This document shows, piece by piece, positions 17,792-28,204 of a stretch of 64,000 bases of DNA. Each line of letters opens with the position of its first letter. Position 1 is the first letter of the stretch. Source of the stretch: Candidatus Woesebacteria bacterium (GTDB lineage: Bacteria; Patescibacteriota; Microgenomatia; UBA12405); contig DAONDY010000002.1 in NCBI GenBank assembly GCA_035402805.1, forward strand, positions 49,801 through 113,800, in the 5' to 3' direction. The translations under genes were made by a program, and so were the position numbers. The notes under the pieces were generated by a model. The model ran no database searches. It was not told where the DNA came from and worked only from the letters and a program-made list of their open reading frames with translations.

Positions 17792-19533
17792 GGTTAAAAA
17801 AAGAAAATTTGGGAATAATTTTGGTTATGTTGTTGGCATTAATGTTGAGATTTTGGAGACTAGATTTAAATCCGGTGGGAATAGTTCATGACGAAATACA
17901 TCAATTGGTAAACGCCAAGTCTTTGGCTTTGACTGGAATGGGAGCGGCTGGAACTGGGGCGGGAATTTTTCAAAATGAAGCATATTGTGATGGAAATTGT
18001 ATTTTTGGAGAATTACCAACTTATTTATTAATACCTTTTGCTTTTTTTAAAACTAGTTTCCCTTCGTTAAAAATACCATTTGTATTAGCTTCAGTTTTAA
18101 TGATTTTTTGGTTTATAAAATTATTTGAAAATTTAACTAAAAATAAATGGATAGGAATAATAGTTGGGTTAATGATCGCTATAAATCCTTGGGCAATAAA
18201 TTTTGGGAGAACAGCTTATGAAAATACTTTTGCTTTTATGTTTTACGGCTGGAGTTTTTATCTATTAGCTAAAGAACCATTTAAATTAAAAAATCAAATT
18301 TGGGCAATAATTTTAGGTTTTATGGCTTCTCTTTGTTATTTTGGGGCTAAACCAATTTTTGTACCATTGATATTGATTGGTTTGGGTTATGGATTTTGGA
18401 TAGAAAGAAAAAATATTAAAAAGTATTTATTATTGGCATTAATGACAATTTTATTGATGGGAGGGTATGGATTAATTTTGAAAAATTCAAATGCTGGATC
18501 GAGGTTAAAGGAAACTTCTTTGATAAACGAAGTTGTCAGAAATCAAGTTAATGAAGAAAGAAGAAAATCTTTAGAAATACCTATCGTTAGGGATATTTTT
18601 ATTAATAAATATACCGTTTTAGGAAAAGTTTTGTTGACAAAATATTTTGCTGGATTGGCACCTGATTATTTATTTAATCAAGGTGAAGTTGGTTTTGATC
18701 ATTTTATGATTACTAATCATGCTTTTATGTATCTGTTTGATTTACCAATGATAATTTTGGGGTTTTATGCCTTGGGGACAATATCAGCATCGGCATTGGT
18801 TTTTATTTTGACAACAATTTTGGTTTTACCAATAACATCGATCTTGGGAAATAGCGCCACCACATATGCTTTAAGAAACGGTCTTATTTACCCAATTTTG
18901 GCGGCAATAGTTGGAATAGGAATTTATTTTTTGATTACTAAAATTAAAAATAAAAATTGGAAAAAAGTGATGGAAATTAGTTTGGGGTTGGTTTATTTAA
19001 TATCTCTTATTAATTTTTTGGTGATGTATTGGTATAGAAATCCGGTTGAAAAAAGCGTTGGATGGCTTTTTTATGAAAGAGAGGCAGTTAGGTATATAGA
19101 TTTAGTTAAAGATGAAAATCAAGAAACTAAATTTGAAATAGTAACTGGAGACCCTGTTGATTTAATTTATGCTTATGCTTTATTTTCCGGAAAAATAAAT
19201 GATAAAAATTTTATTTTAAAAATGAACGAAGTTATAAAAAATAGAAGCTATGAAATAGATGGAATTAAATTTTCAAAAAATTGTCCAGTGAAAATAGATG
19301 ACGATGTGGTTTATTTGACGGCAGCAGATAAAAATTGTGTCAAAAATCAAAATAATTTAGTTCAAATTGTAGAAACTAGAGATTATGGAGCTAAATGGCT
19401 GGTTCCAAATGATATTTTATGTAAAGATATTAAATTAGGCCAGCACCCATCTCCAAAGAAAATCGAAGAGTTTAAAATTGAAAATATGGATAAAGAAACT
19501 TTTTGTAAAACTTGGATTAGTAAAACATTATGA
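17788..19533 (+). CDS. GT-C family (ArnT/PMT-like) membrane glycosyltransferase
   Basis: N-terminal TM followed by a DE-containing first loop (GIVHDEIHQ); many TM helices; 581 aa. Confidence 0.55.
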   Translation: MRLKKENLGIILVMLLALMLRFWRLDLNPVGIVHDEIHQLVNAKSLALTGMGAAGTGAGIFQNEAYCDGNCIFGELPTYLLIPFAFFKTSFPSLKIPFVLASVLMIFWFIKLFENLTKNKWIGIIVGLMIAINPWAINFGRTAYENTFAFMFYGWSFYLLAKEPFKLKNQIWAIILGFMASLCYFGAKPIFVPLILIGLGYGFWIERKNIKKYLLLALMTILLMGGYGLILKNSNAGSRLKETSLINEVVRNQVNEERRKSLEIPIVRDIFINKYTVLGKVLLTKYFAGLAPDYLFNQGEVGFDHFMITNHAFMYLFDLPMIILGFYALGTISASALVFILTTILVLPITSILGNSATTYALRNGLIYPILAAIVGIGIYFLITKIKNKNWKKVMEISLGLVYLISLINFLVMYWYRNPVEKSVGWLFYEREAVRYIDLVKDENQETKFEIVTGDPVDLIYAYALFSGKINDKNFILKMNEVIKNRSYEIDGIKFSKNCPVKIDDDVVYLTAADKNCVKNQNNLVQIVETRDYGAKWLVPNDILCKDIKLGQHPSPKKIEEFKIENMDKETFCKTWISKTL

Positions 19534-20618
19534 AAAAATATATATTTCAAGCTGATGTGGTCAGATGTTTAGCAATAATTTTTGCGATTGGTGTTCATCT
19601 AACAACACCCATAACTGCTAGACCTGATTTTTTTGGCGGCAATATTTGGTGGTTAACATTTTTATTAAATTGTTTATTTAGAATAGGGGTGCCTTTGTTT
19701 GTAATTTTAAGCGGATATTTAACCTTAGGAAAAGAAATTAGTATTAAACAAAATTTACAAAAAATAACTAAAAGACTTTTGATACCACTGACAGCTTTTT
19801 ATATTATTTTCAATTTGGCTTATATATTGATGGCAAATTTAAGACATGAAAATTACGACTATCCGTCGATTTTTCATAATTTGAGTATAAACACCCACTC
19901 GATTTTGTATTTTTTAGTAGTTCTTTTATTTATTCAGTTGCTTAACCCATTGTGGAATTTATTGACCCAAAAAAGAAATTCATTATTACTGAAATATGTT
20001 TGTAATTTTTTCTTAATATTAGCCATAACTGCTTATATTTTTTATTATTTAAGCTTGAGAGAGGAAAAAGTTTTTAGCACCTTCACCTTGTGGATAATGT
20101 GGTTGGGATTTTATTTATATGGCTATGTTGTAAAAACGAAAACTGAAATATTAACAAAAAAAGAAGAGTGGTTTTATCGGATAATTTTTATTGTTGGGTA
20201 CACAGTGACAGTCTGTTTGGGATACTTAATATTGTGGTTATTTCATAATAAAGGGAACACCCTTTTTTATATTGGAGGACAAAGCTACCCTGATTCGTAT
20301 CTAAGTATTAGTGTAGTAATGATGTCAATTGGGGCTTTTAATTTATTAATTAGAGGCCGAAAAATCAAAAAAATGGAAAAATGTTGGATAAAAAAACCTA
20401 TTGTTTTTATGGCAGGAATAAGTTTTGCTTTGTATTTATTGCATTTATTAGTAATGGATACTTTTAATAAATTTTTTGGAATAACCCCAGATAGTCCATC
20501 GATGCCAAATTTACCAATTTATTTAATAATCAATACAGTTTTGACTTTTGCAGTGACAATACCACTGGCTTTTATTATTAAAAAAGTTCCGATAATTAAA
20601 AAAATTGTTGGGGAATAA
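19530..20618 (+). CDS. Acyltransferase family 3 (OafA/YrhL-like O-acyltransferase)
   Basis: RCLAIIFAIGVHL start and a 10-TM profile typical of acyltransferase_3. Confidence 0.7.
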   Translation: MKKYIFQADVVRCLAIIFAIGVHLTTPITARPDFFGGNIWWLTFLLNCLFRIGVPLFVILSGYLTLGKEISIKQNLQKITKRLLIPLTAFYIIFNLAYILMANLRHENYDYPSIFHNLSINTHSILYFLVVLLFIQLLNPLWNLLTQKRNSLLLKYVCNFFLILAITAYIFYYLSLREEKVFSTFTLWIMWLGFYLYGYVVKTKTEILTKKEEWFYRIIFIVGYTVTVCLGYLILWLFHNKGNTLFYIGGQSYPDSYLSISVVMMSIGAFNLLIRGRKIKKMEKCWIKKPIVFMAGISFALYLLHLLVMDTFNKFFGITPDSPSMPNLPIYLIINTVLTFAVTIPLAFIIKKVPIIKKIVGE

Positions 20619-21838
20619 TGAAAAACAAGATATTAATAATATTATTGGTAATATGTTTCTTTTTTTTGAGGCTCTATAAAATTGAAGAAAGAGTAAATTT
20701 TTCGATGGATCAGGGAATATTTTTACTTAGAAGTTGGGAAATTTGGCAAAATAAGGAAATTACTTTAATCGGACCGACCGCTTCCCCATTAGTTCATGGC
20801 CACCAGTTTTTTCAGGGGCCATTAATTTATTATTCGATGATTATGGTAATGCTAGTGTCAGGCTGGAATATAATAAGGGCTTCTTATCTTTTAGTACTTT
20901 TAAATTTTGTGGCTTTGGTTTTTTTGTACTTGTCAACTAAAAAAATATTTAATAAAAAAGTAGCCAAAATAGCCTCTTGCTTGTTTATCTTTTTACCAAC
21001 TTCTATTAATTTTTCTAATTTTTTATGGAATCCAAATTTTTTATTAATTTTGATGCCAATTTTTATTTTTTTAGGATCGAAAGCATTTTTTAGTAAAAAA
21101 TATTGGTATTTAATTTGGGGAATTTTGGGTGGAATTTGTCTTCAATTCCATTTTCAAGTTGTTTTGATACTATTTTTTACTTTTTTGTTTTTAATATTAA
21201 AAAAGATAGAATTTAAAAAATTTTTGCTATTTGTAGGAGGAGCAATAATTGGATATTCCCCTCTTTTAATATTTGATTTAAGAAATAATTTTTACAACGT
21301 AAGGACAATGTTGGAGTGGTTACGGTTTGGAGGGGACGAAAAAATGGCATTTCCTCTATATTATTTTTTGTCTTTTGTACCGTTTCTTTGTATGGGATTA
21401 GCCTGGTTGATAGGTAAAATAAAAAATAAAATGATTATAGTTTTGTTATTGAGTGGATTAGTTCTTTATTCTTTTTACATAAAAATTAACCAAAAAGAAG
21501 CTTTGGGAATGCCAAATGGCTGGAATTATGTCTGGCAACAAAAAGTAGTGGATAAAATTTTAGAAAAAGGATGCCCAAAAAATTTTAATATAGCCAGCAC
21601 TATTAGTGGTGATACTAGATCTTATGATTTAAGATTTCTAATGACGGCTAAGAGCTGTAGACCGATGAATGTTGAAGAATATCCAAAAGCTGAAAAACTA
21701 TTTTTAGTGGCACCAATTGACAGGCCACCAGAAACAGAAAAGGTTTGGGAGGTATCATCTTTAAGAAAGTTTAAAATCAATCAAAAAACAGAGATAAATT
21801 CAAATGTATTTTTTTACGAATTGGAAAGAGAAATTTGA
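20618..21838 (+). CDS. Polytopic membrane protein (GT-C-like)
   Basis: Multiple TM helices. Confidence 0.45.
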   Translation: MKNKILIILLVICFFFLRLYKIEERVNFSMDQGIFLLRSWEIWQNKEITLIGPTASPLVHGHQFFQGPLIYYSMIMVMLVSGWNIIRASYLLVLLNFVALVFLYLSTKKIFNKKVAKIASCLFIFLPTSINFSNFLWNPNFLLILMPIFIFLGSKAFFSKKYWYLIWGILGGICLQFHFQVVLILFFTFLFLILKKIEFKKFLLFVGGAIIGYSPLLIFDLRNNFYNVRTMLEWLRFGGDEKMAFPLYYFLSFVPFLCMGLAWLIGKIKNKMIIVLLLSGLVLYSFYIKINQKEALGMPNGWNYVWQQKVVDKILEKGCPKNFNIASTISGDTRSYDLRFLMTAKSCRPMNVEEYPKAEKLFLVAPIDRPPETEKVWEVSSLRKFKINQKTEINSNVFFYELEREI

Positions 21839-22416
21839 GATTTTTTACTTTTTTTAGCTTTAACTAACTTATTATCTGATCTTTCTAGCGCATCATAAAA
21901 ATCTTCTTTAGAATGGGCAATGTGAAAAGCATAGGTAAATTCAAGTTTGTTTGGATTTTGTTCTTTTTTATTAAAAACTTCTAATTTTTGATAGATGGTG
22001 GTTAATTCTTTTGGATCTATATTGGCAACAGGAACAATAAATTCATCACCACCGAATCTGAATTTTTTAGTATCTGGAAAGATTCCATTGACAAATTTAA
22101 CAAAGGAAAGAATATATTTGTTTCCATTGGCGTGTCCACCGATATCAGGATCTGGGTTGTCGTTTATCTTTTTTAGGTTATCTAAATCGAAAGTGAGTAT
22201 GGTTAAAGGAAATTGTTCAGATATTAAATTATCTCTATAGCGCTTAAGACCCCGCCAATTTTCAAAATTAGTTAAAGTATCATTAAAAATTAATTCTGAT
22301 ATTTTGTCGGCAGCTTCAATAACTGGGATAGTACCATCGACCGAATCTTGAGCGTTTTTAAATTCCGCTTGAATTCGCTCTAAAGCTAATGGATTTAAGC
22401 TGATTCTTTCGGACAT
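21814..22416 (-). CDS. GGDEF-domain protein (diguanylate cyclase-like), no sensor domain
   Basis: RFGGDEFIV active-site motif; DLDNLKKIND upstream. Confidence 0.75.
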   Translation of the reverse strand: MSERISLNPLALERIQAEFKNAQDSVDGTIPVIEAADKISELIFNDTLTNFENWRGLKRYRDNLISEQFPLTILTFDLDNLKKINDNPDPDIGGHANGNKYILSFVKFVNGIFPDTKKFRFGGDEFIVPVANIDPKELTTIYQKLEVFNKKEQNPNKLEFTYAFHIAHSKEDFYDALERSDNKLVKAKKSKKSQISLSNS

Positions 22417-22461
22417 AAAGGAAATTTAATCTTAAATAAGTTAGGAGTTAGTATATCACCT

Positions 22462-23034
22462 TTAGTTGAAGATAGAGAAAGCTTTTGACAAGGAAACTAG
22501 CTTTGAAGATTTAGAAACGGTACCAAAATGGAAAACCACGACTTCTTTTGGTCCAGAAGGATAATTGACCTGGCCAATAGCTACACCATAGGCATTGTAT
22601 TTGGGGTTTAAAAGATTTTTTCGGTGAGATGGTGAATTTATCCAGGCGGTAATAATTTTATCGCTGGAAGAGAAATTAGAGGCTAGATTTTCAGCAATGG
22701 CAGTTTTAAAACCGGTTTGTCTAATAAAAGAATCCCATTTTTGTGAAGTAGTGGGGTTATCATGACTCCAATAAAGATATTTTTGCATATCTGCTAATTT
22801 AGCAGCGGCGGCTTGATTAAGTTTAGAATTTTCACTTAAAACAGGAAGAAAGCTTTGACGACGAGTTGCGGTAACTTTCTCAACCAATTCATTTTTAGAA
22901 ACAGCAAAAGAACTCTTGGATAGAGAGAAAAATAAAACAAATAAAATAAAGAAAAAACATTTTTTCATCTTGGGCGATGATAAAATGAAAGAATTATTCG
23001 ATGCTTGATTGGTTTTCTGACATCTTTTTGTCAA
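22462..23034 (-). CDS. Secreted CAP/SCP (YkwD-like) domain protein
   Basis: Signal peptide; NSPSHRKNLLNPKYNAYGVAIG CAP motif. Confidence 0.7.
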   Translation of the reverse strand: MTKRCQKTNQASNNSFILSSPKMKKCFFFILFVLFFSLSKSSFAVSKNELVEKVTATRRQSFLPVLSENSKLNQAAAAKLADMQKYLYWSHDNPTTSQKWDSFIRQTGFKTAIAENLASNFSSSDKIITAWINSPSHRKNLLNPKYNAYGVAIGQVNYPSGPKEVVVFHFGTVSKSSKLVSLSKAFSIFN

Positions 23035-24194
23035 AAATGTCAGAAATGTGGTATATTAAGATGATGTTTGATAGATTGGAAAAAATAACAACCGAGCAAT
23101 ACCAAAAATTAAGCAAAAAATGGCGATCACTTTTGGAGATTGGCGAAAGTGTGGCGGTAATTTTCCCGTATATGAGCGACAGACAGATAAGGTTCAGCCA
23201 ATATTTAGAAGAAAGTAGTAAAGATGAAATACTTATCCCGATTAATTTGGAAATTCAATGGTTTGACGATCTTGAAGATCTTAAAAAATATATAGAAACA
23301 CAGGCTAAAAATTATAAAATAGCAAAGACGGTGACTTTAGTGATGTCAAATGGAGATGAATTATTTAAGCCTCAGAACATCCAAATAATGAAACTATTGC
23401 AGAGATTAATGTTGGATGAAAAAAATATTAGGCTACTTTCGGCTTTTGAGACTGATGTTTTAAAAAAAATCAATAATATTCATGAATATAACCTATTGTT
23501 TCAAAACATTGTTTATTACCCTCTTTATAATCTTGACGATACTTTTTTGTTTGTGGACTATTTATGTAAAAAATGGCAAATTAAAATGCCTCAACCAATA
23601 AGAAAATCTATCGTTTATAACGGCGGAGGTTCTTTTTGGCTAGTAAAAGAAAGTTGCCGTAGTTATCGAGATAAAGGAAAATGGACAACCGAAGATGAAG
23701 GTTTTTTGTTTAGAATTAATTTAATATCAAAGGCTTTTTCAGAAAAAGAAAAGGAAATAATTTTAGCAGCCCCCTATTTAAAAAGTTATGAATTATTAGA
23801 CGAGTTTAAACATCTAAAAAAAATTGGTCTAATTGACAAAAATGACAGAGTGATAATCCCACTTTTGACGAAAATAATAGAAAAAGAGAAAATTCGTAAA
23901 AACCTATTAGAAATAGAAGATGGTGAAGTTTTTTTTAGGGGGATTTCACTGATGGAAGTGATGTCGCCAACTGAATATGTAATACTAAAGTGTTTAATGA
24001 AAAAAGCGAATAATCCGGTTGATAGAGATGAAATTGCTAAAATTATTTGGCCGGAAAAAACTGAGGAATATTATTCTCAATGGGCAATTGACCAATCAAT
24101 AAAAAGATTAAGAAGTCGGTTAAAGGCTTTAAGTTTACCGTCAAAAATTATTGCTTCAATAAGAGGAGTTGGCTATGAATATAGAACAATATAA
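23001..24194 (+). CDS. Regulator with a C-terminal OmpR/PhoB-type winged helix and an uncharacterised 280-aa N-terminal region
   Basis: C-terminus VILKCLMKK...RDEIAKIIWPE...IDQSIKRLRSRL...IRGVGYEY matches trans_reg_C. Confidence 0.6.
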   Translation: MLDWFSDIFLSKMSEMWYIKMMFDRLEKITTEQYQKLSKKWRSLLEIGESVAVIFPYMSDRQIRFSQYLEESSKDEILIPINLEIQWFDDLEDLKKYIETQAKNYKIAKTVTLVMSNGDELFKPQNIQIMKLLQRLMLDEKNIRLLSAFETDVLKKINNIHEYNLLFQNIVYYPLYNLDDTFLFVDYLCKKWQIKMPQPIRKSIVYNGGGSFWLVKESCRSYRDKGKWTTEDEGFLFRINLISKAFSEKEKEIILAAPYLKSYELLDEFKHLKKIGLIDKNDRVIIPLLTKIIEKEKIRKNLLEIEDGEVFFRGISLMEVMSPTEYVILKCLMKKANNPVDRDEIAKIIWPEKTEEYYSQWAIDQSIKRLRSRLKALSLPSKIIASIRGVGYEYRTI

Positions 24195-26001
24195 TATTAG
24201 ACAACAAGAAAATGAGGGAATTAATTTTACTGATTCCTTATGGTATTTTTTAGGTAATCAAGAAAAAAATAAACTAACTGATACGGGGGTGTTTTTTTTA
24301 AATGAATTAGTAAAAGAAATTTTAAAAAATGAAAACGAGATGCAGTTGGGAGGAAGTGCAGCAGAAGTTTTGTCGGGATTAATTACTCCAGAAGAATATT
24401 GGGGCATAAAAGGACAATTTAAAAAATTAAACGATAATTTATCTCAAAAAAATGGAGAGGAAAATAAAATAATTAAATCAGCATTAGAAACTTTAGCTAA
24501 TGGAGATGTAGATTTTGATTTTTATGTTAGTAAAGAGGACCATTTAGAAACCATTTTCGACAATATTTACAAAGAATGGGGCGAGCAAACCCAAATTCAG
24601 GAAAGTGATGTTAGAGGAAGTTTTTTTGAGATAAAGATTACTGAAAAACTAAAGGCTAATATTTTTTATGGACCAATTTATGAGGGAAGTCTAATTAAAA
24701 GGGTTTGTTTGCAATTAAAAGACAATGAAGAAAAAAGAATATTTCATATGGATATAACTTCAAATCCAGAAACGGGAAGCGACCAAGCAATACAGAGGAG
24801 ACATTTTATAGGCGAAATACATGACAATTGTAGGGGTAAATTAGTAGTAGATGATAATCAAATTAAAATTATTTTTGACAAAAACCAATTACCAAAAGCC
24901 AACCAGGAATCAACCCTAAAAATTGATAAAAAAAGTGAAAAAACAAAAATTGAAGTGACTTTAAGAGAAATGCGAAAAAAAATAATGCATTTTGATTCTA
25001 ATAAAAACAAAGAGGGAAGAAAAAATTTTGAAATATCTAGATTATTTCCATTGATGAATGTGGATAGTCTATTTGATTTAAGGGAAATGAGTTTTGGAGA
25101 AAAACCAAAGATAGAAGAAATATTTCAAAAACAAAAACCGGCTCAAAAACAAATGATTTATCAAGAATTATTTTTAATGGCTCAAAAGGATCCTTTTTTG
25201 ACAGTCATTTTTTTACAAGACAGTGGTTTGGATTTAGTATTTTTTGGAAGACATTTGGAAAGAAAGGAAGCATTGGCCCTAATGGCGTCAGAACATTTAA
25301 AATATGACCTGGGAAATAATTCCCCAAGCCAAACAATTAAAAATTCAAGGGAAAAATATTTAGATTTAAAAGAAAATGATTCTAAAAAAAATGGTTTAAA
25401 GAGATTGATAGCGGCAATTGGACAAGTGTTATCGAAGGAAAAAACTGACTTCGATGAACATTTTGAGGAAGGATGGAAAATTTTGATTGATCCAAAAAAT
25501 AAAGTAACTGAGGTAAAACAGCGAGAAATTACAACAGAATTAAAAGAGACAGAAAGAAAAATATTTGAAAAAATAATTTATGGAGGTGGGTTAACCGAAA
25601 GAAGATTAAATGGATTAATAGAAATTAATAAAAAAGAATTTAAGAAAGCACTTTTTAACCTCAAAAAGAAAGGTCTAGTTGAAGCGGCAAGAAGAGAGGT
25701 GTTGATGGATGGAGAAAAAAGGGGTGTTTATTTTTATTATCCATGTTGGACGGAAACAAAAATAGAAACAATCTTGGAAGTAGCTGGCAAAAGTGATCTT
25801 ATTTCCAAGATTTATAAAAAAGCTAGAATTGAAAATCTGGAAGCGGCTTTAGCAATAAAAACCGAAGAGTTACAAACTGGTGATTTTTGGGACAAAATAA
25901 TGGCATTATTTCACCCTCATCTGATTTTGAAATTAATAACCTATCAAAACGAAATTGAAAAAGAAGGCAAGTTTAAAAGGTATTATTTAGACAGAAATTA
26001 A
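24169..26001 (+). CDS. Hypothetical 610-aa protein
   Basis: ORF only. A possible wHTH-like segment lies near residues 470-500. Confidence 0.45.
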   Translation: MAMNIEQYNIRQQENEGINFTDSLWYFLGNQEKNKLTDTGVFFLNELVKEILKNENEMQLGGSAAEVLSGLITPEEYWGIKGQFKKLNDNLSQKNGEENKIIKSALETLANGDVDFDFYVSKEDHLETIFDNIYKEWGEQTQIQESDVRGSFFEIKITEKLKANIFYGPIYEGSLIKRVCLQLKDNEEKRIFHMDITSNPETGSDQAIQRRHFIGEIHDNCRGKLVVDDNQIKIIFDKNQLPKANQESTLKIDKKSEKTKIEVTLREMRKKIMHFDSNKNKEGRKNFEISRLFPLMNVDSLFDLREMSFGEKPKIEEIFQKQKPAQKQMIYQELFLMAQKDPFLTVIFLQDSGLDLVFFGRHLERKEALALMASEHLKYDLGNNSPSQTIKNSREKYLDLKENDSKKNGLKRLIAAIGQVLSKEKTDFDEHFEEGWKILIDPKNKVTEVKQREITTELKETERKIFEKIIYGGGLTERRLNGLIEINKKEFKKALFNLKKKGLVEAARREVLMDGEKRGVYFYYPCWTETKIETILEVAGKSDLISKIYKKARIENLEAALAIKTEELQTGDFWDKIMALFHPHLILKLITYQNEIEKEGKFKRYYLDRN

Positions 26002-26043
26002 GTGCTATAATTGAAATCACCCTTTTAAAAAATTAGTAATTTA

Positions 26044-26697
26044 GTGTCCTTTATGAATGAAAAAATTAAAAAACAATTTGAATCATTTTTTAGTAAATTT
26101 GAAACAATTAAATATAAAAAAGGGCAAGTTTTGTTTAGACCGGGAGAGAATTTAAATACAGCTTATATCGAAAAATCAGGGTTTTTAAGAGCTTATGTGG
26201 TTATTGACGGAAAAGAAGTAAGTTTACCAAGTTTAAAACCACTATTTTTCTGTGCGGCTTTAAATGGATTACATAAAAAAACTAATAAATATTTTGTAGA
26301 GGCAATAACTTCAGTCGAACTTTATGCCGTACCAATGGAAGAATTTGTAAAATTTATCGGAAAAGATGCTTCTCTTTTAAATGAAGTTAATAAACAATTA
26401 ATCGATGATTTAGTTGATCTATCGGTAAATTGGCAACAAATTGTGGTTGGAGACGCAACAAATAAGGTAGCCGGATTAATTTGCATGATTGCAAAAGAAG
26501 TCGGGGAAGAAAAAGGTAATGAAATTTTAATTAATTCCAATACCCCACATCGAGTTTTGGCTAGTATGGCGGGACTTACTAGAGAAACTGTAACTTTACA
26601 AATTTTAAAACTACAGAAACAGGGTTATCTTTATAATAAAAGCAGAAAAATGGTAATTAAAAACATTGAAAAGATTAAAGAAATTGCTAAAATTTAG
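26044..26697 (+). CDS. Crp/Fnr-family transcriptional regulator
   Basis: cNMP-binding-like N-terminus plus C-terminal HTH (RVLASMAGLTRETVTLQILKLQKQGYL). Confidence 0.75.
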   Translation: MSFMNEKIKKQFESFFSKFETIKYKKGQVLFRPGENLNTAYIEKSGFLRAYVVIDGKEVSLPSLKPLFFCAALNGLHKKTNKYFVEAITSVELYAVPMEEFVKFIGKDASLLNEVNKQLIDDLVDLSVNWQQIVVGDATNKVAGLICMIAKEVGEEKGNEILINSNTPHRVLASMAGLTRETVTLQILKLQKQGYLYNKSRKMVIKNIEKIKEIAKI

Positions 26698-27151
26698 TTA
26701 TATGGAAAACAGAAAAATATTTAGATCAATAGATGATTACATGGTGGCTGGAGTCAGCGGTGGTTTGGCAAAATATTTCAAAATAGATAGTTCTTTGGTT
26801 AGAATTATTTTTGTTTTGTTAGCTTTAAGTGGCGGGACTGGTATCTTACTTTATTTAATTTTATGGTTAATAGTGCCAAAAGAAGAAGGAGTAGAAAAAG
26901 AAATTGATAGAGAAGAAAAAATTAAAGAGTTTGCTGAAGATGTTAAAGGTAGAGCTAAATCAATGGCAAAGGAAATTAAGATAGATACAAAAATTAAAAA
27001 ACCGAGAAAAAATATTAATGTATTAGGAATAGTTTTAATCCTAGTGGGAATAGTGGCAGTTTGGAATCAAATATCGCCAATAACCATCCAGTGGAATTTT
27101 TTCTGGCCAGGATTATTAATCTTGGTGGGAATTTTAGTGCTTTTTAGATAA
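26666..27151 (+). CDS. PspC-domain membrane protein
   Basis: DDYMVAGVSGGLAKYFKIDSSLVRIIFVLL PspC motif followed by a TM. Confidence 0.75.
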   Translation: MKRLKKLLKFSYMENRKIFRSIDDYMVAGVSGGLAKYFKIDSSLVRIIFVLLALSGGTGILLYLILWLIVPKEEGVEKEIDREEKIKEFAEDVKGRAKSMAKEIKIDTKIKKPRKNINVLGIVLILVGIVAVWNQISPITIQWNFFWPGLLILVGILVLFR

Positions 27152-27667
27152 TTATTCTCGACAACAATCAAGAATTTTGTTGATTATTTGACCGAAACCA
27201 CCAAGAAGAGTTTTTTTAGGCAAGGGTTTTTCGACAAATTCAACTTTTTTGGATTTTGAATCAACTAAACCTAAATTAAGTCCCCAAAAAAGATTGTATA
27301 AATCAAAAGATTTTTTAAAATAGTCATCAGCTTCTTTTTTATCACCCTTAGTTAAACATTTAGTGCCAACTTCCATAAGCCGCATAGAAGCTGATAAGAG
27401 ATGCTTGCTGGTACACCAAATTTCACCCTCATTTTCTTTAATAATCTTTTTCATGAGCTCTTTTCTCATTTCTCGAGCAGTATTTAAAACCTCAATATAT
27501 TTAGTGTCGCCTAATTTTTGGGAAGTAAAAAACATATGTTCTTCGATGCCAATTAAATTCATAATGGCAACAGAAAGATCTTCGCCCAGAGACAAATCTA
27601 ATTTGTGACCTTTTTCAATTTTTTTAGCTTGGTCAATAAATTTTTGGAGTTCGTTTGGTGTAGTCAT
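27152..27667 (-). CDS. Hypothetical protein
   Basis: ORF only. Confidence 0.45.
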   Translation of the reverse strand: MTTPNELQKFIDQAKKIEKGHKLDLSLGEDLSVAIMNLIGIEEHMFFTSQKLGDTKYIEVLNTAREMRKELMKKIIKENEGEIWCTSKHLLSASMRLMEVGTKCLTKGDKKEADDYFKKSFDLYNLFWGLNLGLVDSKSKKVEFVEKPLPKKTLLGGFGQIINKILDCCRE

Positions 27668-27672
27668 TTTAT

Positions 27673-27719
27673 AATCCTCTCTGTCCTATGGACATCTCCC
27701 CTTAATAAAGGGAGAAGTC
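27673..27719 (+). repeat. Family A repeat copy A4
   Basis: aatcctctctgtcctatggacatctccccttaataaagggagaagtc. Confidence 0.8.
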
Positions 27720-27724
27720 TAAAT

Positions 27725-28183
27725 TTATAATTTAAAAAGTAATTTGAATAATAAAGTAAAAATAATTAAAAAGCCAACAGGAAAAACTACTTTTTGATAT
27801 GGAAAGAGAATCTTCCCATTATTTAATTTTCTGGAATAACGATCTATAAATATACCCAAAAACATAATTAAAAGACCCAAGCTTTGGCCAAAAATAATCT
27901 TATCAAGACCTAGTATTTTATTTGTAGGTAAACCAGTTTGATCAGTGTAAATAAAATAAAAAAGAGTAAATCCAAGCATTAAGAGAGAAAAAACAATAGA
28001 ATTGCCTAAAACTTTATTTTTGATTCTGGGAGCTAACCAAAAAGAAATAGCCGTGTTTAAAGCAGAAATCCATAAAGAAACTAAAAAGTCATCGACTCCT
28101 AAACGTTTAGCTAGAAGCATTCCTCCACCAACAGTAACAATACAGACAGGACATTGAGCATAAGCAGCTTTAACTAGAAACAT
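27725..28183 (-). CDS. Membrane protein (hypothetical)
   Basis: N-terminal CPVC followed by 4 TM helices. Confidence 0.45.
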   Translation of the reverse strand: MFLVKAAYAQCPVCIVTVGGGMLLAKRLGVDDFLVSLWISALNTAISFWLAPRIKNKVLGNSIVFSLLMLGFTLFYFIYTDQTGLPTNKILGLDKIIFGQSLGLLIMFLGIFIDRYSRKLNNGKILFPYQKVVFPVGFLIIFTLLFKLLFKL

Positions 28184-28204
28184 AGTTATTTATTTTAACA
28201 ATTT

